Below, piece after piece: positions 1 to 9,039 of a stretch of 31,209 nt of DNA. Position numbers and translations under genes: made by a program. The notes beneath the pieces were generated by a model that did not search any database, was not told the DNA's origin, and was given only the letters and a program-made list of their open reading frames with translations. The number at the start of each line of letters is the position of its first letter. Within the stretch, counting starts at the first letter, position 1. Where the stretch lies: contig CAVXTM010000017.1 of the NCBI GenBank assembly GCA_963764725.1, forward strand, positions 1 through 31,209, written 5' to 3'. This DNA is from an uncultured Gammaproteobacteria bacterium. GTDB lineage: Bacteria > Pseudomonadota > Gammaproteobacteria > JACCXJ01.

Positions 1-898
1 CTACGCATTCGGTGAAATCGTCGGACTGTGGCTCCGTATCGTAGCCTACAGGCTCTCGCAAAATACCAAGGCGCGCTCCGACAAGCTCGTCCTTATTTAA
101 GAACTTGTGATAGCTCTTCGGAGCACGACCATAGCCATGTGCGGTGCTCGGATCCTCGGCATCAAATCCGACCATGCAATCTAATAATTTGACTAGATCA
201 CCGACCGATCTGGCCATGGGGCCGAGCGATCCGTTGAGGGTCGGCCAACCACCAAAAACACCGGAGCGGCTGACGAGTCCAATGGACGGCCTCATACCTA
301 CGATCCCGTTCCAAATTGAAGGGCGACGGATGGAGGAGAAGCCTTCCTGGCCGATGGCAGCGGTGCAGAAATTAGCAGATACAGCCACCCCGCAGCCCCC
401 CGAAGAACCGCCAGCGGTACGCGTCACATCATAGACGTTGCGTGTAGAGCCGAACAGCGAGCCGTGCGTATCGCCGCCGCCAAGTTCGCCCAATGTCGCC
501 TTGCCCAAGATAATCGCCCCGGCACCCTTGAGCCGACGAACAACAAAGCCGTCGCGGTTTGGAAAAAAGTCTTTGAACAAGACGGAGCCCATTGTGGTGG
601 GCATTCCCACTACATCAATTTGGTCCTTTAATATCAGCGGAACCCCATGCAAAGAGCCAACGAAGCGGCCTTGCTTCATTGCTGCATCGAGTCGGTCCGC
701 TTCGAGCAACGCGTCGGAATTTAATGAAATGATGGCGTTCAAGGCCGGCCCGCTTTGATCGTACGCGTTGATACGATCGAGGTAGATCTGCACAAGTGAG
801 CGCGCGTTGAGGGTGCCGGACTTGTATGCGACATGAATATCATCGATCGTAGTATCAATTACCGAAAATTCTTGTAGCGTCTTAGGTTGTGCAACCAT
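1..898 (-). CDS. Amidase-signature (AS) family amidase, 3' end runs off the window
   Basis: Absent from the ORF track because it has no stop in the window. Manual translation gives MVAQPKTLQEFSVIDTTIDDIH...LHGVPLILKDQIDVVGMPTT...RNVYDVTRTAGGSSGGCGVAVSANFCTAAIGQEGFSSIRRPS, containing the Lys, GGSSGG and SIRxP motifs. GGAG lies upstream of ATG 898; alternative ATG at 913. Confidence 0.9.
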   Translation of the reverse strand, partial: MVAQPKTLQEFSVIDTTIDDIHVAYKSGTLNARSLVQIYLDRINAYDQSGPALNAIISLNSDALLEADRLDAAMKQGRFVGSLHGVPLILKDQIDVVGMPTTMGSVLFKDFFPNRDGFVVRRLKGAGAIILGKATLGELGGGDTHGSLFGSTRNVYDVTRTAGGSSGGCGVAVSANFCTAAIGQEGFSSIRRPSIWNGIVGMRPSIGLVSRSGVFGGWPTLNGSLGPMARSVGDLVKLLDCMVGFDAEDPSTAHGYGRAPKSYHKFLNKDELVGARLGILREPVGYDTEPQSDDFTECV

Positions 899-947
899 TG
901 CATTGCTCCACATTGTTTCGCCCGCACGCTCGATCGGCAGGAGCACC

Positions 948-1649
948 TCAGCCTATATAGGAATGAAAAAGCTCCCTTTCGTTGTCGAAACCGCTCGTCT
1001 TCCCGTGCGTGATAATGGTGCCGCCGCGAATGATGTACACGTAGCTCGCGACCTTGAGCGCCAGATGGATGTTCTGCTCGACAAGTAGAATAGAGGTGCC
1101 CGCCTCGTTCAGCCGCCTGATCGTGCGGCTAAGCTCGCTGACGATCATCGGCGCAAGCCCCATTGAGGGCTCATCCAGCATCAGGAGCTTCGGCTGCGAT
1201 GTGAGCGCGCGTGCAATCGCCACCATCTGCTGCTGCCCGCCTGAAAGTGTGCCGGCGCGCCGCCCCAGATGCGCGCGAAGTTCCGGCAGGTAGTGCAGCA
1301 CGCTTTCGATGCGCTCGGGGATCCTGTCCCGCGCCGCGCACTGGATGGCGCCCAGTTCGAGGTGCTCCATGACCGACATCTCCGTGAACAGCTCGCGCCA
1401 TTGCGGGACCAGCGCTACGCCATGACGGAATACCCGGTGAGTCGGCTGCGCGTGGATGGCCTTGGCCTCGAAGCTCACCGTGCCGCCCTGAACCGGGATC
1501 AGCCCCATGATGGCGCTGAGCGTCGTCGTTTTTCCGGCTCCGTTGCCGCCCAGAAGCGCGACGACGTGCCCCGTTGGCACTTGCAATGACACCCCCTTGA
1601 GCACTTTGTGCGGGCCATATCCCGCCTCCAGCCCCGAGACCTCAAGCAT
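948..1649 (-). CDS. livF: LIV-type ABC transporter ATP-binding protein (LivF-like)
   Basis: Walker A GGNGAGKTT, signature LSGGQQQM, LMLDEPSMGLAP and VEQN. The likely start MLEVSGL at 1649 overlaps the upstream stop. Confidence 0.92.
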   Translation of the reverse strand: MLEVSGLEAGYGPHKVLKGVSLQVPTGHVVALLGGNGAGKTTTLSAIMGLIPVQGGTVSFEAKAIHAQPTHRVFRHGVALVPQWRELFTEMSVMEHLELGAIQCAARDRIPERIESVLHYLPELRAHLGRRAGTLSGGQQQMVAIARALTSQPKLLMLDEPSMGLAPMIVSELSRTIRRLNEAGTSILLVEQNIHLALKVASYVYIIRGGTIITHGKTSGFDNERELFHSYIG

Positions 1650-2415
1650 CCAGCCGCTCCCCCAGATAGGCTTCTTGAACGGTGGGATCGTTCCCGATCT
1701 CCGCACCCGAGCCTTCGGCAATGACGCGACCTCGATCCAACACCGTTATGCGGTCGCAAAGCTTGGTTACCAGCGGGATTACGTGCTCTACAATTATGAT
1801 CGCGACATTCCAGTCCGCCGGCAGCCTCGTTATCACGCCGTCCAGGTGCTCGATTTGCGCGGGTGAAAGTCCGGCCGCAGGCTCATCAAGCATCAGGAGC
1901 CTTGGCCTCGCGACCAAGGCCCGGCCGATTTCGACGTAACGCTGCTGAGCGATGGTGAGCGTTTCCACTATACGGTCCCGCAGGTCGCCCATTCCCAGAT
2001 AGGAAAGCACGTGGCCGATCGCCGCCTCTGCATCAAGGTCGAGGCCCGGATCAGCCCGGTGGCCGACGATGAAGGACGTGAGGGGGTTGCGAACAGCCGT
2101 ATGCAGTCCGAACAGTAGATTCTCATATACTGTGAAGCTGCGGACGAGCTGCACCGTCTGGAAGGTTCGGCGGATGCCCGCCGCGGCTCGCAACGGCGCC
2201 GACATGAAAGCAATGTCCTTGCCGGCGAGCAGCACCTTGCCTGCGGTCGCCGGCGCCAATCCGGAAATCGCGTTGAACAGCGTCGTCTTGCCCGCTCCAT
2301 TAGGCCCGATCAGACCCCGCGTCTCGCCCTGTCGTATCGTCAGGCTGACGCTGTCCACGGCGATCAGGCCATCGAAACGGACGGTAAGGTCTTCAATCTG
2401 CAGCAGCGGTGGCAT
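1642..2415 (-). CDS. livG: LIV-type ABC transporter ATP-binding protein (LivG-like)
   Basis: GPNGAGKTT, RTFQ, LDEPAAGL, VEH and C-terminal VQEAYLG. Confidence 0.92.
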   Translation of the reverse strand: MPPLLQIEDLTVRFDGLIAVDSVSLTIRQGETRGLIGPNGAGKTTLFNAISGLAPATAGKVLLAGKDIAFMSAPLRAAAGIRRTFQTVQLVRSFTVYENLLFGLHTAVRNPLTSFIVGHRADPGLDLDAEAAIGHVLSYLGMGDLRDRIVETLTIAQQRYVEIGRALVARPRLLMLDEPAAGLSPAQIEHLDGVITRLPADWNVAIIIVEHVIPLVTKLCDRITVLDRGRVIAEGSGAEIGNDPTVQEAYLGERLDA

Positions 2416-3416
2416 CAGCGGGCCCCCGTAGCGTCAGCTGTCCGACGCCACCCGAACAGGCTGGACCAGGGCCAGGAATATCGCTCGCGCGGCAGGATGC
2501 CCTTGTCGATCAGGAAACCGGCGAACCCTCTCGGCATGAAGATGACGAACATGATCAGCAGCAGGCCGAAGCCGATTTCCTGCATTGCCTGCGCCTTGCG
2601 CAGGATCTCCGGCACCCAGGTCAAAATGGCGGCGCCGATGAAGGGGCCGGCGAGACTTGCGGCGCCGCCAACGATGACCATGCAGAACTGCATGATGGTC
2701 TGGTAGAGGTTGAAATTTTCCGGGTTGATGTAGTGCTGGGTCAGCGAGAACAGCGAGCCGCCAATGCCGGCAAAGAAGGCGCTGATGGCGAAGGCGAAGA
2801 CCTTCGTGCGTGCGATATTGACGCCGCTGCACTCGGCCGCGATCTCGCTGTCGCGGATGGCGACAAAGGCGCGGCCGAGGCGCGAGCGAATGATGCCCTG
2901 GGCCAGGACAGTCATCAGGATGGCAACAGTCACGATGATCCAGAACGTGTGAAAATCGCTGCGGAACTGGACCCCGAAGAATACGACCGACGGCACGCTG
3001 ATGCCGTCGGTACCGCCGGTCACGGTCTTCCAATGTTTGAGAACCCACTGCACGATCTCTGAAAAGCCGAGTGTTACCATCGCAAGATAGAGGCCGCTTA
3101 CGCGGATCGCCGGAATACCGATGGCGCAGCCCACAAGTGCTGCCACGACGCCTGCCGCCGGCAGGGCGAGCAGGAAAGGTACGCCGAGCTTCGTCATCAG
3201 CAGCGCCGAGGTATAGGCGCCGATGCCCATGAAGGCCCCATGGGCGAAAGCGAACATGCCGGCAAAGCCGAGAATGAGGTTTAGCCCTTGGACGATGACG
3301 ATTTGGACCAGCATGAGATTGATGACATACTGGGAATACGCGTCCGCGACGAAGGCTATCCCCACTAGCGCCACGAATAACAGCAGGAAGGCGTTGTTCC
3401 ATAAAGCGGCGCGCAT
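2415..3416 (-). CDS. livM: LIV-type ABC transporter permease (LivM-like)
   Basis: Multi-TM protein with GLYLAMVTLGF, TGGTDGI, GRAFVAIRDSEIAAECSGVN and FMPRG. Confidence 0.92.
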   Translation of the reverse strand: MRAALWNNAFLLLFVALVGIAFVADAYSQYVINLMLVQIVIVQGLNLILGFAGMFAFAHGAFMGIGAYTSALLMTKLGVPFLLALPAAGVVAALVGCAIGIPAIRVSGLYLAMVTLGFSEIVQWVLKHWKTVTGGTDGISVPSVVFFGVQFRSDFHTFWIIVTVAILMTVLAQGIIRSRLGRAFVAIRDSEIAAECSGVNIARTKVFAFAISAFFAGIGGSLFSLTQHYINPENFNLYQTIMQFCMVIVGGAASLAGPFIGAAILTWVPEILRKAQAMQEIGFGLLLIMFVIFMPRGFAGFLIDKGILPRERYSWPWSSLFGWRRTADATGAR

Positions 3417-3420
3417 CGTC

Positions 3421-4314
3421 TTAGACCCTCACGGCCTGGCGCGAGCCGAGCAGGCCCTGTGGACGGAACAGCAAGACACCCATGATGATGATCGGCGCGA
3501 AAATATCCATCATCGAGGTCGCGATGTAGCGTCCGCAGAAGATCTCGAGGACGCCCATTAGTATGCCGCCGACCAGAACGCCAGAAACACTGCCGAAGCC
3601 ACCGAGGCAAGCCGCCGCAAAGCCTTTCAGGAGCATGCGGGTTCCCATGTCCGGGTGCACGAAGATCAGTGGGGCCGCGAGTACGCCTGCGACGGCGCCA
3701 CAGACAGCCGCAAGACCCCAGGTCGCGGAGTGGATATAGCTTGTGTTGATGCCCACCAGCTTTGCCCCGATGGTGTTCTGCGAGCTCGCGCGCATCTTCT
3801 TGCCGAGTGCGGTGCGAGCGAAGAACAGCGACGTGGCGATCGTCAAGGCGACGGTGACGCCTACGATCAGCAGACGCTGCGTGGACAGGACCAGGCCACC
3901 GATAGTGACAGTCTCGGCGGTGAAGGCGGCCGGCAGGTTGCGAACGCTGTCGCCCCATGGAATTCGCGCCAAGCCCTGCATGACGATCATCAGGCCGACC
4001 GTCGCCAGCACAACCGCGACCTGGGTTGAGGCGCGCCCGAGCGAACGATGCATTGAGATCGGCCTGATCGCCAGGAGTTCCACGACGATGCCAATTGCGC
4101 CGCCGACGGCAATGGCGAACAGCAGCGACAGGCCATATGGAATGTTCAGCAGGACGTTCGCGGTGTAGGCCGCGAAGGCGCCTACCATCAAGAGTTCGCC
4201 ATGAGCGAAGTTGGGAATTCCTTGCGCGTTGTAGACCAGGACCAATCCCAGTCCGACCAGTCCATAGAGACAACCGTTCGACACCCCTACGGATAGTAGA
4301 GTAGCGATTTCCAT
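3421..4314 (-). CDS. livH: LIV-type ABC transporter permease (LivH-like)
   Basis: NFAHGELLMVGAF, GKKMRA, KGFAAACLGGFGS and RPQGLLG. Start taken at MEIATLL (ATG 4314). Confidence 0.92.
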   Translation of the reverse strand: MEIATLLSVGVSNGCLYGLVGLGLVLVYNAQGIPNFAHGELLMVGAFAAYTANVLLNIPYGLSLLFAIAVGGAIGIVVELLAIRPISMHRSLGRASTQVAVVLATVGLMIVMQGLARIPWGDSVRNLPAAFTAETVTIGGLVLSTQRLLIVGVTVALTIATSLFFARTALGKKMRASSQNTIGAKLVGINTSYIHSATWGLAAVCGAVAGVLAAPLIFVHPDMGTRMLLKGFAAACLGGFGSVSGVLVGGILMGVLEIFCGRYIATSMMDIFAPIIIMGVLLFRPQGLLGSRQAVRV

Positions 4315-4345
4315 TGTGCCGCATCCAGTCCGTGTCCGTTTCGGG

Positions 4346-4382
4346 CCTTCGGCGCGGCCGCCAACAGGCGGGCGCCCGAAGG
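4346..4382 (-). other. Intercistronic GC-rich stem-loop downstream of the binding-protein gene
   Basis: CCTTCGG...CCGCC-AACA-GGCGG...CCGAAGG inverted repeat with no U-tract. This is the typical position for an mRNA-stabilising hairpin in ABC operons. Confidence 0.4.
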
Positions 4383-4418
4383 GCACCCGCCCACACAAGC
4401 AGGCGATCGAGTCCGCGG

Positions 4419-5603
4419 TTATTTCCAGCCGTCTCCGAGGACGGTGATCTTGCCGCCGCGCACCCCCCAGATCGATCCGGTCTTGCAGCCTTCGTGATCT
4501 CCCGCCGAGAAGGTGAGCTTACAGGCCATGGGGCCGCCATCCAGATTCTTGATCTCGGTCATCGCCGCTACAAACTTCTCGCGCGTCAGGTCGGGACCAG
4601 CACGCTTTAGCGCCTCGACCACTGCGAGCGCGCCCGATGTGCCGTAGAACGCAGAAGCCTGTACCTTGTCGTTGGGATAATGCTTCTTCAGCATGTCGAT
4701 CCAGGGCGCCATCGGTGCCTCGGTGAGTGGCGCTTTGAAGACCGACACCACGTGCATGTGCTCCAGTGGCTTGACGTCGCCCGCGCGATCGATCAAGTCC
4801 TGGAGGTCGACCACGGTGGCACCGACCATCGGCTTGTTCAGGCCGAGCTTGCTCGCGTCCTTGAGAAACACAGCCGCTGGAGCGGGACGCGCGACGATGA
4901 CGACCGCGTCAGGGTTTAGCGACTTGACCTTCAGTACCTGCGCGGTAGCGTCGGTGAGTTGAACTTCAACCGTTTCGAAACCCTGGAGCTCGATACCGCG
5001 CTTCTTGAGGCCTTCCGTCAGCGTGCCGTAGCGGGCGTTGGCGTGCTCGTCCGAGTGGCCGACGACCACCACCTTCTTGACGTTCGGAACTGTCCCAAGG
5101 AAATCCGCGATGATGGTGCCGTCGAAGCTGCCGGGCAGGAAGGCCCGGAAGACGTAGCCGTTCGGCTGCTTCTGGACGATCTGGTCCATTGTCGCGACCA
5201 GGATCATCATCGGGACCTTGTTCGCAATGACCTCGTCGCGCACGGGGAGGATGGCGCCGGAGCAGCTGCCGCCATGAAGCATGAAGACACCGTCGCGATG
5301 GATCAGCTTCTTGGCCGCGGCGATTGCCAGCGGCGCCTGGCATTGCGAATCCTCGGCCATCGTCTCGACCTTGCGGCCGTGAATTCCGCCTTCCGCGTTG
5401 ACGCGATCATAGACCATCCTGGCGCCATTGATCGTAGGCCAGCCCCAAACTGCGGCAGGCCCGGTCAGCGATCCGATCATCCCGATCTTGATCGACGTCT
5501 TGGTGATACCGGGATCGTTCGCGCCGGCGGTTGTCGGGAACACCGCCAAGGACATGGCCATGACGGTCGCCGTGACTGTGGGAAGACTTGCCTGAGGTTT
5601 CAT
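4419..5603 (-). CDS. LIV-family ABC substrate-binding protein (LivK/LivJ-like, Peripla_BP_6)
   Basis: Signal peptide ending AGA, then PGITKTSIKIG, LTGPAA, VNAEGGIHGRK and AGPDLTREKF. First gene of the ABC operon. Confidence 0.9.
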   Translation of the reverse strand: MKPQASLPTVTATVMAMSLAVFPTTAGANDPGITKTSIKIGMIGSLTGPAAVWGWPTINGARMVYDRVNAEGGIHGRKVETMAEDSQCQAPLAIAAAKKLIHRDGVFMLHGGSCSGAILPVRDEVIANKVPMMILVATMDQIVQKQPNGYVFRAFLPGSFDGTIIADFLGTVPNVKKVVVVGHSDEHANARYGTLTEGLKKRGIELQGFETVEVQLTDATAQVLKVKSLNPDAVVIVARPAPAAVFLKDASKLGLNKPMVGATVVDLQDLIDRAGDVKPLEHMHVVSVFKAPLTEAPMAPWIDMLKKHYPNDKVQASAFYGTSGALAVVEALKRAGPDLTREKFVAAMTEIKNLDGGPMACKLTFSAGDHEGCKTGSIWGVRGGKITVLGDGWK

Positions 5604-5807
5604 CGTACATTCCCTTCGAGATCACTGCATTCGTTTGTGAACCGCTGAACTCTCGCGGTTCAGGTTTGCTTGTGGTCCTTGTGCGCCGTCTCTCAACAGG
5701 AGCCCTGAGCGCGGCGCTTCCCCGGATGAGCCGCGGCGGACCCAGGCCGCGGGGTTGGATGCTCGTTCGAGGCCGAAAGGCCACCATCCCGGCAGGATGG
5801 CCACTAT

Positions 5808-5853
5808 CTACAGCATGTAGGTATATTGTTTATATCGGAACCGTACCTGTCAA
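5808..5853 (-). promoter_or_regulatory. Promoter (TTGACA -35) and palindromic operator CTACA-GCA-TGTAG upstream of the ABC operon
   Basis: TTGACA on the minus strand at 5853-5848, with AACAAT after a 17-bp spacer. Palindrome at 5808-5820. Confidence 0.65.
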
Positions 5854-6048
5854 GCGATAGGCCGACTCGCCTCTTTTGCACTATTTGCCGAAATGCTGCT
5901 CTGGTTTCAGCGGTCAACGGCACTGGTTGCAGCTGGTCGCTCATGCCATGTTCGGCTTGAAGCGCTTCAGAAAACGAGACGATAAGTTCGCTGTAATTCC
6001 TGACCATAAATCGTCGCGTAGGCTGGTTGCTCAATCGACTCCTGACGC

Positions 6049-7320
6049 TCAGCGGAGAGCTCCGACTAGCCACAACGAAATAGGCGCCAACATCACGATC
6101 ACCGCCAGAGCCGCCGTCATCAGTATGATAAAGGGAAGAACGGCTCGGATCATGAAGGTGAAAGGTACCTTGAACGCCACCGATCCCACAATGATGTTTA
6201 GCCCCACGGGCGGCGTCAGGTAACCGATCTCCAGATTAATGACCATGATGATGCCGAAGTGTATCGGATCGAAGCCGTATTCCTTGACCAACGGCAAGAA
6301 AAGCGGTGCGAAGATGATGATCGCGGAGAAGGCCTCCATAATGCAGCCGATGACCAACAGCACGAGGTTGATGACCAACATCATACCCCAGCCACTATGG
6401 ACGTACTGTTTCATGAAGGCGACAAGCTGCTGCGGCACTCCCTCAATGGCAACAACGTTGTTGAGGCTCGAGGCGATCGCGAAGATTGGCAGGATGATGC
6501 CCACCATCTCCACCGTTGCTAGACACACGTTTCCGTAGTCGCGCAGTTTCATCTCGCGATGAATGAACAGCTCAACGACCAGTGCGTAGAACAGCGACAC
6601 GGCGGCGGCTTCCGTTGGCGAAAACTTGCCCGAATAGATGCCGCCAAGCAAAATCACCGGCATCATGAGCGCCCATCCGCCCAAGCGCACGGCCTTCGTA
6701 AGCTCTGAGAAGTCGAAGGAGCTCGCGGCGCGGTGCCGATTCATCCACAGGACGTATGCTGCCATAACGAAGACAAGCAGCAGACCCGGACCGACACCTG
6801 CGGTGAACAGGTCGACGACCGAAGTCTCCGTGCTCATGCCATAAAGCAGCAGTGGGATAGATGGCGGGATGATGATGCCGAGCGTGCCCCCGGCCGCGAT
6901 CGACCCGAGCGCAAGCTTCTCGTCGTAGCCCTCCTTGAGAAGCGCTGGATACATGATCGCGCCGACGGCCAGCATGGTGACTACCGATGAGCCTGAGATC
7001 GCGGCGAAGGTCCCGCAGGACAGCACACAGGCGAGAGCGAGCCCCCCTCGTACCGGTCGCGTCAACGCGATCACAAGGTTGATGATACGCTGCGCGATAG
7101 TTCCGCGCGTCATCACGGCGCCGGCGAGGATGAACATCGGGATGGCCAACAACGTCTCGCGGTCGATTGCAAACCAGAAGTCCTGAATCAGGAACTCAGT
7201 GGACGAGCGGCTGACGAGGAAGACGTGTATGATCGTGGCGACAACCGCGAGCAGCACGATGATGTTCTGGCGCAGCGCCAGCAGCAGCAGCACCAGCGCA
7301 AACAGGGCGACGCCGCTCAT
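6049..7320 (-). CDS. dctM: TRAP transporter large permease
   Basis: LLAIPMFILAG, AISGSS, GGTLGIIIPPSIP, SPTEAAAV, DPIHFGII and TPPVG motifs. Confidence 0.95.
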   Translation of the reverse strand: MSGVALFALVLLLLALRQNIIVLLAVVATIIHVFLVSRSSTEFLIQDFWFAIDRETLLAIPMFILAGAVMTRGTIAQRIINLVIALTRPVRGGLALACVLSCGTFAAISGSSVVTMLAVGAIMYPALLKEGYDEKLALGSIAAGGTLGIIIPPSIPLLLYGMSTETSVVDLFTAGVGPGLLLVFVMAAYVLWMNRHRAASSFDFSELTKAVRLGGWALMMPVILLGGIYSGKFSPTEAAAVSLFYALVVELFIHREMKLRDYGNVCLATVEMVGIILPIFAIASSLNNVVAIEGVPQQLVAFMKQYVHSGWGMMLVINLVLLVIGCIMEAFSAIIIFAPLFLPLVKEYGFDPIHFGIIMVINLEIGYLTPPVGLNIIVGSVAFKVPFTFMIRAVLPFIILMTAALAVIVMLAPISLWLVGALR

Positions 7321-7868
7321 CCGGCTTCGCTACCTTCGGCGGGCATGAGATCGGGAAAGATTGCGTAGGCCAAGTAACGCAGGGTCGCCGAGGCGAACGC
7401 GTATGGCAGGATAATTTGCATCGGCCAGACTGGAGTTTCGAGCGCAACGCCGCGATAGCCGCTCAGATAAGACGCGTGGACGAATAGAAAGGAATGGTAG
7501 GCCAGAAAAAGGAACACCACAGCCGACAGCAGTGCACCTATGCGCACCACCGTCGGCTTGGTAACCTCCGGAAAGACACCGTCCAGAAATTTCGTACGGA
7601 GGTGCCCGCCGCTTTGGATCGCAAGCACGAAGCCCAGCATACCGGCTATGGTGGCGCTATACACCGCGACGCGCTGAGCCCAAGGAACGCCCTGGCCGAA
7701 AAATTCACGAGACAGCACGTCAGCCATCAGCAGCAGGCCGCAGGCGGAGATGCTGACAATGGCCGCTGCCGCCTCGATTCGGAAAAGCCAGTCGAGCAGG
7801 GTATGAATGGCCCGTTCACCAGGCATTTGGGTGGAGGTGGCCACGGAACCCGAGTGCCTGACCTTCAC
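7317..7868 (-). CDS. dctQ: TRAP transporter small permease
   Basis: Four TM segments, DVLSR..., PWAQ and GGHL, located between dctP and dctM. Start is either GTG 7868 (overlapping the dctP stop) or ATG 7826. Confidence 0.88.
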   Translation of the reverse strand: MKVRHSGSVATSTQMPGERAIHTLLDWLFRIEAAAAIVSISACGLLLMADVLSREFFGQGVPWAQRVAVYSATIAGMLGFVLAIQSGGHLRTKFLDGVFPEVTKPTVVRIGALLSAVVFLFLAYHSFLFVHASYLSGYRGVALETPVWPMQIILPYAFASATLRYLAYAIFPDLMPAEGSEAG

Positions 7869-8872
7869 TGGGCCTTGGGCAGGAACTCCTTTTTGCCCTT
7901 CACCACCGCGTCGTAGATCTCCTTCGCGCGTGGACCGAAGCTCTCGACCAGCTCGGCATGGCCGGGCGTGACCCGCGCCTCCCACTTCGCGCGCTGCTCG
8001 CGTGTCAACTCATGGAGCTGCCCGCCCTGTTTTTTGTGGCGCTCTGCGCTCGGCGCATCCTCGCCGGCGATGCGCTGACGGATCTCCGACGTCGGCAGGA
8101 TTGCGGCCTCGATAGCCTTGCGCTGATCCTCGCCCAGCTTGCTCCAGTACCTGTTGTGGGCCACAAGGAACATCGGTTGATGCCCGTGACGGGTGAACAC
8201 GTAATGAGGCGCGGCGGAGGCGGCAGGCCCGACCACGTAGAAGCCAAAGGTCAGCGAGCCGGCGTCGACGAGGCCCTGCTGGAGCGAAGGGAAGAAATCA
8301 GCCAACGTCGTCGTGACATGGTTGGCGCCCAGCCGCGTAAACATCATGCGATCGCTGGCCGTCGGCGAGATGCGCACCTTCATGCCTTTGATCTGATCGG
8401 GATCGACGCAGGCCGTCCTGCAGAACAGGTTCATCCACCCGCCCTCGGCGTTACGCACCAGCGTCAGGCCATTCTTGGACAGAACGTCGACGATGATCGG
8501 AATGACATATTTGTCGGTCACATAGTTACGCTCCTCCGCGCTCGACCACAGATAGGCCATGTTGAGGACCGCGATTTCGGGGATGGCGGGCGCCAAGCCC
8601 GTGGCGGAGATATAAGCCATCTCGTAGCGGCCGCGGATAACGTTTTGCGCGATCTCCTGCTCGTTGGGCTGAGTGAGGCGTTCACCCTTGATGGCTCCGT
8701 TGGTCGCCTTGGTAATGGATGCACCAATCTCGTCAACGATGATGCCGAGTGTCGATGGCGGTGCGACGACCGTGCCGATGCGCCAGTTTTCCTGGGCCGC
8801 AGCAGACCCAACCTGCACCAGTAGGCTTATGGCGAAGGCAGAAATATAGGATGCGAAAACGTTGCGATTCAT
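7865..8872 (-). CDS. dctP: TRAP transporter substrate-binding protein
   Basis: Signal peptide ending AAA-Q, GMKVR (conserved carboxylate-binding Arg) and PSLQQGLVDA. GGAGG RBS. Confidence 0.92.
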   Translation of the reverse strand: MNRNVFASYISAFAISLLVQVGSAAAQENWRIGTVVAPPSTLGIIVDEIGASITKATNGAIKGERLTQPNEQEIAQNVIRGRYEMAYISATGLAPAIPEIAVLNMAYLWSSAEERNYVTDKYVIPIIVDVLSKNGLTLVRNAEGGWMNLFCRTACVDPDQIKGMKVRISPTASDRMMFTRLGANHVTTTLADFFPSLQQGLVDAGSLTFGFYVVGPAASAAPHYVFTRHGHQPMFLVAHNRYWSKLGEDQRKAIEAAILPTSEIRQRIAGEDAPSAERHKKQGGQLHELTREQRAKWEARVTPGHAELVESFGPRAKEIYDAVVKGKKEFLPKAQ

Positions 8873-9039
8873 CTCTTCCTCCCTAGGCGATAAGGTGCTC
8901 TCTCGTTTAGTGCAGCGACGGGTCTTGCCAGCCTAGACGCCCGCATCTGTTTTCAGGTCAGCAACACGGACATAGGGTTCGCATGGGTTACGTCTCGCTG
9001 GTCGGCCGTCGCGCTGTGCATTTTCTTGCGCAGCATCTT

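Noticed and set aside
2434-4540. Long Arg-rich alternative-frame ORFs (2434..3402 and 3365..4540)
   Set aside because: Off-frame shadows of livM and livH caused by high GC3.
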